A stretch of 64,000 bases of DNA from Octopus sinensis. Lineage: Eukaryota. The position numbers were made by a program, and so were the translations under genes. Location: contig NC_043019.1 of the NCBI RefSeq assembly GCF_006345805.1, positions 24,551,360-24,615,359 of the forward strand, read 5' to 3'. Below the pieces are notes generated by a model. It was given only the letters and a program-made list of their open reading frames with translations. It ran no database searches and was not told the DNA's origin. This document shows positions 1 through 11,347 of this stretch, one piece after another (within the stretch, counting starts at the first letter, position 1; the number at the start of each line of letters is the position of its first letter).

Positions 1-1032
1 GAACATGCCAAAATTTATAAGTGGTCTGTCAGTTCAATTGAGCCCTAGTATACAACTCGTATTATATTATTATCCCTGAAATATTGGAACACAGAAAGTA
101 AAACTACAAGACTAAATATTATATCAAATATCATTACCAATAATATATATAAGCAATAATATATTCAATAATATATTCAAGCAACAAGTGACCGTTCCTA
201 AAGCGTGAAAACCACTCGTAAACTTGTCCTATGCTCATGGCAGCGTTCTAGTGATCTGTTTGTATCATGACAACTGTTTCGGTCGCCGTTTTCCCCAGCA
301 GAAAACAGAATTTCACGGAAGCACGTTGTTCTTTCACTTCAGTCATCGCAAAAATCGATGAAGCGGAGAGGAGCACTGCAAAACAAGGACGCACCACGTG
401 GTAGTACGATCTCACTCGATGACGCCGATTACTTTTGGGTACCCCCTTGCATATATAAGAAGGTAGTATGTTCTAACATCGCTTACGGGAAACGAAATTC
501 TACTGTAAGCTGTAATTGCCTTACTAATCACATACCAAAATAACAGTGCAACTGTGATCGTGCAAAATAGATGCCTTAAACAAACAAGCTAATATCAACA
601 CCTTGTCAGCGGGGGACTTAACCACTCATTATCAAGTTATGGAATTATATATAAAATAGCAAACGAAAATGAGTTTTAATATTGTCTAAGAGAATCGAAA
701 TTAGTGCCTTCTACAGACGACATAGTTCCTCTACTAATCTCTATGTTGGTATCAGTTGGAAGTAGATACAAGGCAAAAAACGCAGTGCTGTATCATGAGC
801 AAAAGGGTGTCGGGATCGAATAAAACCGTTGGCGAAATTATGGGACAAGACGAGGCCAAGTCATTCTTAGTTAGGACTGAGGGCGTTGGTGATTAACACA
901 CACACATACATGTGTGTGTGTATTCAAGGTGCATCTTTTAGGAGAGGCAGTTATTACTGTCCTAGATTATTGTAATCTTGGTATAATTGTTATTACGCAT
1001 CAAATATACTACATACATACATCATACATACA

Positions 1033-1116
<84 letters not shown>

Positions 1117-1399
1117 ATTATATATTATATATATATATATTAAAATACTGAGGGTAGAAATTGATATCAACATCAATTTAACACAGTGGTCTAGCATATT
1201 CAAAAGAACCGAAGATTTAAAAATTATTTTACAATTAATAAGAGGAATGACCACTAAAGTGGAATTTCTATACGCTAGAAATAGACGTCAAATCGCCTTA
1301 AAAAAAGTGTGTTCTCAAGAAACGCCAAAATGTAAAAGAACTTTTTACATTTTGGCGTTTGCTAGGATTTACCTAGCAGATGAATTACAGTGGGATTGC

Positions 1400-2375
1400 T
1401 TACCCTGAGCAAGTATACGATGCAATCGGAGTGTGAATGTATACAGAAGCTCAATCCACGCTCATACCATTTGACTGGTGTAGATGAAAAAACAGCTTGC
1501 ATCCATTTTCAACTCCCACCACGTTGTTCAATCTCCGTCCTTGCACAAAACGAGCCATGGGTCAGAAAAGGTAGCATTTGTGATGGTGGAATGTCAAGAC
1601 TGTAGGCAGGATGAAGCAGCACTTCCAGCCCATCATGTTCCTTAAGTTTGCGTTTGATTCCAATGGCAGTGTGAGCTGGGACATTGTCATGCTCTACGAG
1701 TGAGTGTCTTCGTATGACTAATGCCGATTAGCGGGCTTTCAAAGCATCATATATTCGGTGCAGATGTTGAACACAAAGATTAGCATTCATAGTATAACCA
1801 CTTGGGGCAAACTCAAAGTGCAACAACCCCTCAAAATTCCACCGAACACACATGATCTGTTTAAACCGCCCTTATTTGACAACAAGCCAGAACGAAGCCC
1901 TTGATTTCTTAACAGGATTGCGAAAATAGATCCATTTTTCATCCACATTACAATTCAACGCCAAAGAGGGCCCCTCGAGAATTTTCCAGCAGTTCTATGG
2001 GGAGGTTCACACGTCGTTGAGCCTGAACATTAGCCACTTCATGGGAGTTTCTCGACAGAGTCTTTTCACAAGGCCGACCCTATGGAGGAGTCGATTGATG
2101 CTGTTTTGTGGAGAACTAAATTCTGACGACAATGGACGCGTGCCTGTGCTTGGCTGTTGTTCAAACACTTCAAGCAATGTTTAATCTTCCACATTAGAAC
2201 GTCTGTCTGACCTTGGTTTGTCTTCGACGCTGGTTGTCTCCTTCCTTGAAATGTCTGAACCATTTTTTGTACCACAGGTTCGTAGACAGTTCCTGGGTCT
2301 TTTGCATTATTAATTTCTTTTGCCGCTGCCCTTCCAGGTAGCGTAAAGCGGCCCTAATTGCAATTTTTTACCACT
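1400..2375 (-). pseudogene. Decayed mariner (Tc1/mariner) transposase
   Basis: Minus-strand manual translation gives AAKEINNAKDPGTVYEPVVQKWFRHFKEG (HTH), CNVDEKWIYFRNP (first D), EHDNVPAHTA (HDNA motif) and LEVLLHPAYSLDIPPS (YSPDL-like), with frameshifts and stops. Confidence 0.9.
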
Positions 2376-2462
2376 CGTTATCAAAGAATAAAAAAATATA
2401 TATATGCATGTGTGTATGTATATATGAATGAACGGTTCTCTAAGACAAGAAATTTATATATG

Positions 2463-2493
<31 letters not shown>

Positions 2494-3180
2494 TTGTCTG
2501 TGTCTGTGTGTGGATGTGTGAGGGCGGGTGGGTGTAGGTGTTATCAATGAGAATCCGAAAAACATGTCTTAACTTCGTATATGTATATGTATGTCTGTAT
2601 GCATGTATGCATGCATGCATGCCTGTTTGTTTTATATATACATACACATATATACATATATACACGCTTCTTTAAGAGTGTGTGTGCATGTGTGTGTGTG
2701 TATTAACGGTTCTCTAAGGGAAGAAATTGAATAACAAACTGTTTTTGAACAAACCACGATTAGAACACGCACCGTACTGAGAAGAAGCTGGCAGAGCGTG
2801 AACAAACGATTCGTTAATGTCCATGTGTGAATTTCACGTAGTTTGCAAATTTCCTTGTTCAACAGAGAAAATAATATTTCTTATATTTTTGCTAAAACGT
2901 AACGTGGATTGACAGAAAAAAAAATGTAGGAAAATAGGAAAAAGCACACACGCACGTGCATACGCTCACACTCAAACACAAAAAAGACATACGCATGCCC
3001 ACATACACAACACATGCACATATATACGTATGCATTTAAAATTATGTATTTGCTATAGATGGCTGGATAACTAAAACATCGTTTCATGCCTTTATGTGGA
3101 GTTTGGGTGTGGCTTGGAAGAGATTATATTCATAAAGACCCTCTCTCTCTCTCTTCTTTATATACGTATATATATACGCA

Positions 3181-3218
<38 letters not shown>

Positions 3219-3226
3219 ATATAAGT

Positions 3227-3258
<32 letters not shown>

Positions 3259-3277
3259 TTGTAGATATACATGTATG

Positions 3278-3332
<55 letters not shown>

Positions 3333-3822
3333 TATATATTATATATATATATATAATATATATATATATATTAATATTATATAATATTTATGTATACATT
3401 TTAATGTATCTTCCTTTCTCGCCATGTACATATGTATATATATATATTAAATATCAGCGCGCTGAAAATACTTTACAGGATATGCAGAACTGTCTATGGT
3501 CTCCACTGCACAAGCCTTGAAGCCGAATCTGCTACATTGGTCTGTTGTACTGTATATTTTCAGTAACTTCACGAAGGTAAGATTAACATTTAATACCTTT
3601 TTTGTGGATCTCTGTTTGTGTTGTTGCAAGAAAGATTCCGTTGTATATACTTAATAAGGCTGTAGCACTATTTTGATTGTTTTTATTTTTGTCTTTCCCT
3701 TCTATTGATGTAGCATGAAAGTGTTTACATTTGCGTCAAAAATACTCTTACTATGAATGTTTTGGGTTTTTTTTTTACATTGATTTGATGTTATTGTTTT
3801 GTTTTGTCTGTTTGCTTCAAGC

Positions 3823-4130
3823 ATTCGGCCCCAGAGCTTAGTACTTATTTTATCTGACTCTTTTGCCGAACCGCTAAGTTACGGAGATGTAAACACACCA
3901 CAATCTGTTGTCAAGCGATGGTAGGAGACAAACACAGACACATAAACACACGCACACGTATTAATATACATATATACGACGGGCTTCTTTAGTTTTCGTC
4001 TACCAATTCCACTCACAAGGCTTCGGTCAGTCCGAGGCTATAGAAGAAGACACTTGCCCAAGGTGCTACGCAGTGGGACTGAAATCAGAACTATGTGTTT
4101 GAGAAGCAAGCTTCTTTCCAGATATACACC
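3823..4130 (-). mobile_element. tRNA-derived SINE family A (CORE-like, octopus type), partial
   Basis: Reverse complement matches copies at 48904 and 61661 (tRNA-like head, CCTTGGGCAAGTGTCTTCT, TTAGCGGTTCGGCAAAAGA). Confidence 0.9.
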
Positions 4131-4188
4131 ACCACACACACACACACACACACACAACACAACACACCACACACACACACACACGCAC

Positions 4189-4278
<90 letters not shown>

Positions 4279-4329
4279 ATTGATTGATTTATTGATTGAG
4301 TGATTGATTGATTGATTGTTTACTTTACC

Positions 4330-5570
4330 TCCAAAATGTTTCCAACCAAAAGGTACAAAAGGTTAAGAATAGTTTAGTTAATTTTTTCTGTTGAATGGGC
4401 TTAAACATCGTTTTTGATGACGAAGGCCAACTTTTTAGATATTGCGCTTAATTTACACAATAACTCTTCCCATATCATAAACCATTGACCAATCTTAAGT
4501 AATTCAGCAAATTTAGTAATCATTTTAGGAGAATTACTACGAAATTAGTTAAGAATATTTCATTTAGATTATTTAAGTTATCTGCTAATGTTGACATTTT
4601 CAATGATAACGCTGAATTTTATAACTCTGCCTTACTTAAAGCAGGTTATACAGAGAAAATTTTCTACATTGATTTTATTCAGTCTTATTCTAAGTTCAAT
4701 AATGTAGATATGAAATCTAGTTGTAAAAAAGAATTATCGATAACAAGCATAACTTATGCACCGATACAAAGCGCATGAAGGGAGATAACCCTTATTTAAT
4801 CCCCTATTATCATTCTAAAAGTAAATGTAAGGCTTTCAAAAATAATTACACTAAAAATAAGATAAATGGTAGTAAAAATATTTGGTTCATTGTTCCATAC
4901 GGGAGAAGAAGTAAATCTAATCTCCCACTGCAATTTCGTCAAGCTATTGTTAGAAATTTTCTAAAGAATTCTAGGTATTACTCTATTATCAATTTATATA
5001 CAGTTAGGATTGGTTTATCCAACACAAACAATCTCTTACAAATTATTTCTTCACATGATAACAAACTGTTAAATATTAATACATTTACTAATATTAACAT
5101 TAATTTAGCTAATACAAGCCAGCCCTCTAGATATATTAATAACAAGGTTATTGTATCTGAAGTCAATTCCAACAGAATTAGGTTTATGTCAAGTAACTCT
5201 AAACTTTAAAATTCTTTATACCAGTTTATAATCAGTACTCGTAATAAAGTACGATTTTACATTGGAAGCACGTCGTTAGAGTTATCTAAAAGAATTTCTA
5301 TCCATTACTCAACATTTAGGGATAGGAATAAACGTAACAGGGCTGGGCTCAGTAAATTAATTTGGGATCTAAAAGACCAGAATGAACAATTTAATTTAGA
5401 ATGGTTGATTCTCTCAATCTCGATACCTTATGACAAAGGCAAGGAATTCTGTCTTCCCTGTAATTCTGAACTATTTTTCATTATTTTTTCTAAAAATCCC
5501 CTAGTAAACACGGTTATAGAGCGTGCATACCGATGTAAACGTTGGCAAAAACACACCTTTAGTTCATAAA
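4330..5570 (+). pseudogene. Penelope-like element (Naiad/Neptune-like) 3' half: RT C-terminus, linker, GIY-YIG endonuclease
   Basis: NFLDIALNL..PYHKP..SNH (RT end); ORF 4775-5209 IWFIVPY..IISSHDNKLL (linker); same frame after TAA 5207-5209: LYQF..FYIGST..KRISIH..LSKLIWDLK..FCLPCNSE..CKRWQKH, stop 5567-5569. Confidence 0.88.
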
Positions 5571-5680
5571 AGTAATCTCTATAATTATATACAATTTAAA
5601 CATTAATTTTCTTTTATATTTAACATTCACTAAATCCCTTCTCTTTCCGTGTTAATTGTTAACAAGGGAAAAACACTCTG

Positions 5681-5756
<76 letters not shown>

Positions 5757-6107
5757 GCGTTATAAATTCATATATATGTATATATATGTATGTGTGTATG
5801 TATATACACGTATTCATTATTGTATGTATGTACGCACGTAGGTATGTGTGTGTATGTATCTACGTACGTATGTTCGTATGTACGTATATATGTGTGTGTG
5901 TGTATGTGCGTATAAGTGTTTGTATTTATGCCTGTGTGTGTATGCGTAGGAATACACGCAGTTACCATCCAACATTTAGATGAGTACCAAAACTTGCATG
6001 CAGCACTCTTCAACAATTGCGAATATATCTCCCTATGAAACCATTGGTAGCCTTGTTAAATAAACACAAATAAGATGTTTGTATATATATATATTATATT
6101 TATATAT

Positions 6108-6161
<54 letters not shown>

Positions 6162-6319
6162 TTAATATAGTGTATATATATATGTATGTATATGTATACA
6201 CCCACACACACACCCACATATATATATAATCTATATATATATATATATATTATAGATTAAATATATATAATATATACATATATGTACATACCTACATATA
6301 TATCCGTATATGGGTACAG

Positions 6320-6500
6320 CACATTGAAAGACTATGAACACCATGAGAAACGAAAACATAAAAACAAAAACATAGAAACGAACTTTTTTGGGAACATCGA
6401 AACAAAAAAACAAACAGAGAAACGAGACATACAACATGAAGAATATTCCCCTTCTCTAGTTGTCCCTGCTTCATCTACTCCACGTTTGCGCTCGTGTTTG
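6320..6500 (-). repeat. Interspersed repeat ending next to (TA)n, related to 44085-44215 (pLTR-like)
   Basis: Both minus-strand copies share AGTAGATGAA..GAC..AAGGGGA..TTC followed by a T-rich tail. Confidence 0.45.
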
Positions 6501-6729
6501 ACAAAATACTGAAAACACCACTTTATTTAGGTATCTTTTCTTTTAGCGTTATGACGAATTCAAAATTGTTCATATCTATAGCCATCTCTTGCTTGTTTTA
6601 TATATATGTATGTTTGTATGTATATATATAATATATATATATATACACACAACACACACACACACACACAACACACACACATATATATATATAGATATAT
6701 ATATATAATATATATATCTATATAATATA

Positions 6730-6788
<59 letters not shown>

Positions 6789-6834
6789 AAATTTAGAGGA
6801 CTGACCACTTAAAAGATGAACAGTTAAAGTGTAT

Positions 6835-7210
6835 AACCAGTCTGATCCCGAAAAGAGAGTAATTGTTGGAGTGTGAATGAGTGAAGTTTCAGTCTTTGAA
6901 ACTGCTGAATTGATTGAGAGTTCGAGGGGTAGAGTCTCTAAAATCCTGTTCGCATTCTAAAACCTAAGTAAAACAAAATAGCGAAATGTATCTAGAAAAC
7001 TTTTCACAGTGGCATAAAAAGTGACAACAGAGCAAAACCATCCCTTTACTGGATATTATGGTGTGGGGCGGCAGTTGTTAAAACTCTTCTGCCTTCCATG
7101 AGATTTGATAAGCGGACAAGGGTGTCCAGACTAACACAAGTGGTCAATGTCTGAATAGAACAATGTCATCTTTTCAGATGAATCGTCTTTCACCCGTTTT
7201 CCACATTTCG
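6835..7210 (+). pseudogene. Tc1-like transposase N-terminal remnant
   Basis: RVIVGV*MSEVSVFETAELIESSRGRVSKIL (Tc1 HTH-like) and NNVIFSDESSFTRF (WSDES motif); ends where the LINE begins. Confidence 0.7.
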
Positions 7211-7239
7211 GGGAATCATTCCTTGATGTTAACATAATC

Positions 7240-8935
7240 TTCCAGAATGAATATGCGTCAATTCACGTGGCTAATTTGATTAAAAATAGGTACGAAGAGT
7301 GTGTTTGTGTCTGCTTTCTGTCATAGTTTTGGTGAAGAAGCGAGTTGGACGAAGCAGCTCCTATTTGTGTCTCCTGTCCAGGGAGAAATTTGTACAGATG
7401 CATTTTTAAGATCTCCACATCTACACCTCGCAAATCTCTGAGGTTGATTGGCAGGATATTAAACGGTTGCAAACCCCTAAAACCCAAGTTGTTGCAGTAC
7501 TAGAGACATAAAGGCGGGATTTTTGGTATCATGCAGTTCCTTAAATTCGTTGCTTGGTACAGCTTTTAAGTTTAGAGTTGGGATCTAGACGTTCCAAGGT
7601 TAGGGTTAGGGTTATATATCATTGCATATCTTTCTCGCCTTCTCTCCGGGGATTAAAGCTTCAGTTCTTTTAGCCTCTCCCAGTCGCTCAACTGCTTCAC
7701 CGAGTCAATCTTCTTTGTGTAGTGGCGCTGGATTTTCTCAAGTTTCGCCACCAGGTTGGACCAGTAATCCAGATGACTAAGAATAAAATTTCTCCATAGG
7801 AGTGGCAAGGTATCTTTATTTCTGGTTCTGAATGATTTAAGAATCCATCCAGCTGCTCGCCTACCCTACGTTGCCATCTTGGTAATATGTACATGAAACG
7901 TTGCATCATTACGCATGTAGATTCCCAGGTCGCACACCGATTCTAACTCTGGGATTGCACAAAAAGTAGCGGTCCAGGTTCATTTCCTTGAGGAACTCCG
8001 CTGTGGATTGATCTCTTCCCAGAGGGGGCACCGTTGGCTGTCTCACTTATGTCTTTTAACTGTCTCACTTATGTCTTTTAACTGTCTCACTTATGTCTTT
8101 TAAAAGTCGTGCAGCTTCTCTCCCAATCTTCCAGTGATACTAAGGTCATGTAGTTTCTAAAATATCATCCCATGATCAACTTTGTCAAAGGCCTTGGCAA
8201 AGTCGAGATATATCACGTCCACATTTGAGTGGTTTAACACCCAGTTGTAACGTTGCAGTGACACGTGTGAGGAAGAAACCATGTTGTGTGTTTGTGAACA
8301 AGTTATTCTCTTCCAGCAACGTGATCAGTCTCTTGACGATGCGTTCCATGACCTTGCTAACATGTGAAGTCAGAGAGATAGGTCTGTAATGTTTAGCCTC
8401 TGCTTTGCTTCCTCCTTTCTGGACAGGACATATGATACCTTCCTTTAACAGTTTGATAGTTTTCTACATGAAAGGAAACTCTGAATAAATATCTGCAATG
8501 GCTTTGCGAGAGCTATCTTCCATGTTTTTAGGAAACAGCCGGAAATCCATCCGGGTCCGTTGCTGAGTTTGAGCTCTTCTCACCAATGGCCGATATTACA
8601 TCTTTCTCTCTTATGTCTATGCAATCGATGGTCGCTTCTTCCTCGTGTAGGTCCACAGTGTTAAAAAACTCTTTAAGCTCGCTTATTCGCATGTTTCCCA
8701 GTGGAGAAGTGAAGACACTCTGGAATTGTTTGTTTAGCATTTCATTTATCCTCTTGTGGTCTCCAGTTAGCTGGTCTTATCTTGTAATGCACCGAGGCAG
8801 ATTCTTTCGCAAACGTCTAGAAGGCTTTGGGATTTATTTTTGTATTTTCCATCGCCCTGGTTTCTCTTTCTACTCTTTCTTTTTTGTGGGAGAGTTTGAG
8901 TTTATTTTCGATTTCTAGAAGCGCTTTCTTTGATG
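7240..8935 (-). pseudogene. CR1-type non-LTR retrotransposon ORF2 fragment (reverse transcriptase), internally deleted
   Basis: HYRPISLTSHVSKVMERIV, NTQHGF, VDVIYLDFAKAFDKVDH, SGVPQG and C-terminal GAASSNSLLHQ on the minus strand; no YADD segment seen. Confidence 0.9.
8038..8103. repeat. Perfect 22-bp tandem repeat x3 inside the LINE
   Basis: CTGTCTCACTTATGTCTTTTAA at 8038, 8060, 8082. Confidence 0.97.
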
Positions 8936-9203
8936 AGGGGTTTTTCGCTGTCATTATACATAGTCAGGATGTCTGAGAGATGAAAATAGAAATACTTTTC
9001 TATATGACTTCCTTATGATTACATGCGTTTCGTAACCTTTTTCTTGTAGTATCAATTTCAGAATGCGAAAGTTAAACGTACATTTTGCACCAGTATGTAT
9101 GCCCAGTATTATACAATTGTATATTCACAAATTAATGCGAATAAAGGAGGAAAGAAATCTAATTCATCAGATCCCTGGAACATACGTTTTGTATGAGTAC
9201 ATT

Positions 9204-9258
<55 letters not shown>

Positions 9259-9555
9259 ATGAGTACACAAATTTATAAAATATACATATATGTATATTTA
9301 TAGACACACAGTCATGTGTGTGTGTGTGTGTGTATAAACACAGGCACACAACTATATTTTATGTGAATATTCGCTGTACAGTTGAAGTCAACCTTTTCGA
9401 TCTTATCCATTATTCAACAGGAATTATATTAATTCTGACGTGGCCACCCATATCTCTATATATCATATGCAAATGAGATAAAAACAACAAGAATCAAAAA
9501 GGCGTATCGAAAAGAAAATAATAAAAATTCAATGATTAGAATTAAACATATAAGT

Positions 9556-9583
9556 AAGTAAGTAAGTAGTAGTAGTAGTAGTA

Positions 9584-9631
<48 letters not shown>

Positions 9632-9632
9632 C

Positions 9633-9668
<36 letters not shown>
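9556..9668. repeat. (AGT)n microsatellite
   Basis: Direct inspection. Confidence 0.95.
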
Positions 9669-9809
9669 TCTTTCTCTATTCGCACAAGGTCTGAAATCTG
9701 GGGATGGGGTTAGTCGATTACATCAACTTCAGTGCTGCACTGGCCGACGCCGTTGCTCGCGCACAAGATGGGATGCGTTCGCACGTCAAATTCGCACAAC
9801 ATGCTGACT

Positions 9810-9855
<46 letters not shown>

Positions 9856-10039
9856 ACCACACACACATATATATATTTATATATATATATATATATAAAG
9901 CCCTACAACACACATAGATTAACAGCCACAACCACACACACACACACACACGTGTTATCATTGCACACATACACACACGCACACGCAGACCTTCGCGCAC
10001 GCACATATCCACACTTACACATATATACCTCCTCTTGCA

Positions 10040-10303
10040 CTCTCCAGTCTCTGAAAGAACTTTTCTTTACCCATTTCCTTCCGGTCATTCAAAATGTGAC
10101 CGCGTGTGTACCGTTGGCGATTTTTTTCCTCCGTCTTCCCTTCTCTGGATCTTTCTTTTTCCTATGTTTCTGACGAAGAGCTCCGCTCGAAACGTTAAAC
10201 CATCCTTCTTCCCTTCCTTCCTGAGCGTCCAATAATACTATATTTGTTCCACGTCCTCGCGTTGTTGTGTTTTCTCTTCGTGTTTTCATGTTTGGATTAA
10301 CTT

Positions 10304-10305
<2 letters not shown>
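10040..10305 (+). mobile_element. Penelope pLTR-like non-coding repeat ending in (TA)n
   Basis: Contains a hammerhead-like core; shares GAAGAGC..GCTCGAAACGT..TTCCTGAGCGT..TAATAC with the minus-strand repeat at 26690-26870. Confidence 0.6.
10164..10203 (+). ncRNA. Minimal type I hammerhead ribozyme-like motif, core intact
   Basis: GTTT-CTGACGA-A-GAGC(TCC)GCTC-GAAA-CG-TT-AAAC; stem I GTTT/AAAC, 4-bp stem II, palindromic AACGTT in place of stem III. Confidence 0.6.
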
Positions 10306-10350
<45 letters not shown>

Positions 10351-10354
10351 ATAT

Positions 10355-10385
<31 letters not shown>

Positions 10386-10397
10386 ATATATTATAAT

Positions 10398-10495
<98 letters not shown>

Positions 10496-11093
10496 AAACA
10501 CACACACGCATAAGTATACAGACAAGGAAATCCAAACACACGTAATAAAGCACATCTTTAGTGGGCACGATCAGGCATAAATGTGTGATAATGAAGATAA
10601 ATAGGCATGAAAATGGAGGGTAGCATGGTTTTGATGTTGATATGCGAAATACCAAATATGTGATGTAGAAATACCAGAAATTACAGTGTCTATTTAACAT
10701 TCGTTTACCTATGTTTGAGATGCAGCCGCCATTGCTGTACATTAGCTTTTAATGAGCTCCCGAATGAACCAGCTTCTTGTACGCGTTCGTGGGACTCGCT
10801 AGATATAGCAGCCAAATCTCAGTCAAATTATATTCTACAGTCTTAAAAAAGCAAGCGTTTCATAATATATATCTAAATGCCTTTCGGTAGAGGGAATAAT
10901 GAAGGCTAGCATGTTTTTGATTACAGGTTTTGCACGGCTATTCTGTGATAATCTGAAGCCAGTCAACAGCAATTAGAATTAAATCCATTTCCAGGGAGAG
11001 AGAATCCAAGATTTTGATGATGTACTGTAATACCGCTTTCATCCTTATTAATCAATGACACCTTTACAGCATATACATGCGTACATATATATG

Positions 11094-11147
<54 letters not shown>

Positions 11148-11170
11148 TATTATATATATATATATATATA

Positions 11171-11218
<48 letters not shown>

Positions 11219-11221
11219 GTA

Positions 11222-11255
<34 letters not shown>

Positions 11256-11347
11256 GAGAGAGAGAAAAAAAGAGACAGACAGAAAGATAGCTAGCTAGAT
11301 AGATAGATAGAGAGATGGACAGAAATATCTATCGCTCTCTCTCTCTC

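Noticed and set aside
5152-5160. TGT-ATC-TGA as a selenocysteine codon in the PLE linker
   Set aside because: Out of frame with the linker ORF; would need extra frameshifts, and no SECIS was found.
7598-7614. TTAGGG-like telomeric repeat (about 2.5 units)
   Set aside because: Too short to distinguish from chance; no array.
8038-8103. CRISPR-like direct repeats
   Set aside because: No spacers, eukaryotic context and no cas genes; simple tandem repeat.
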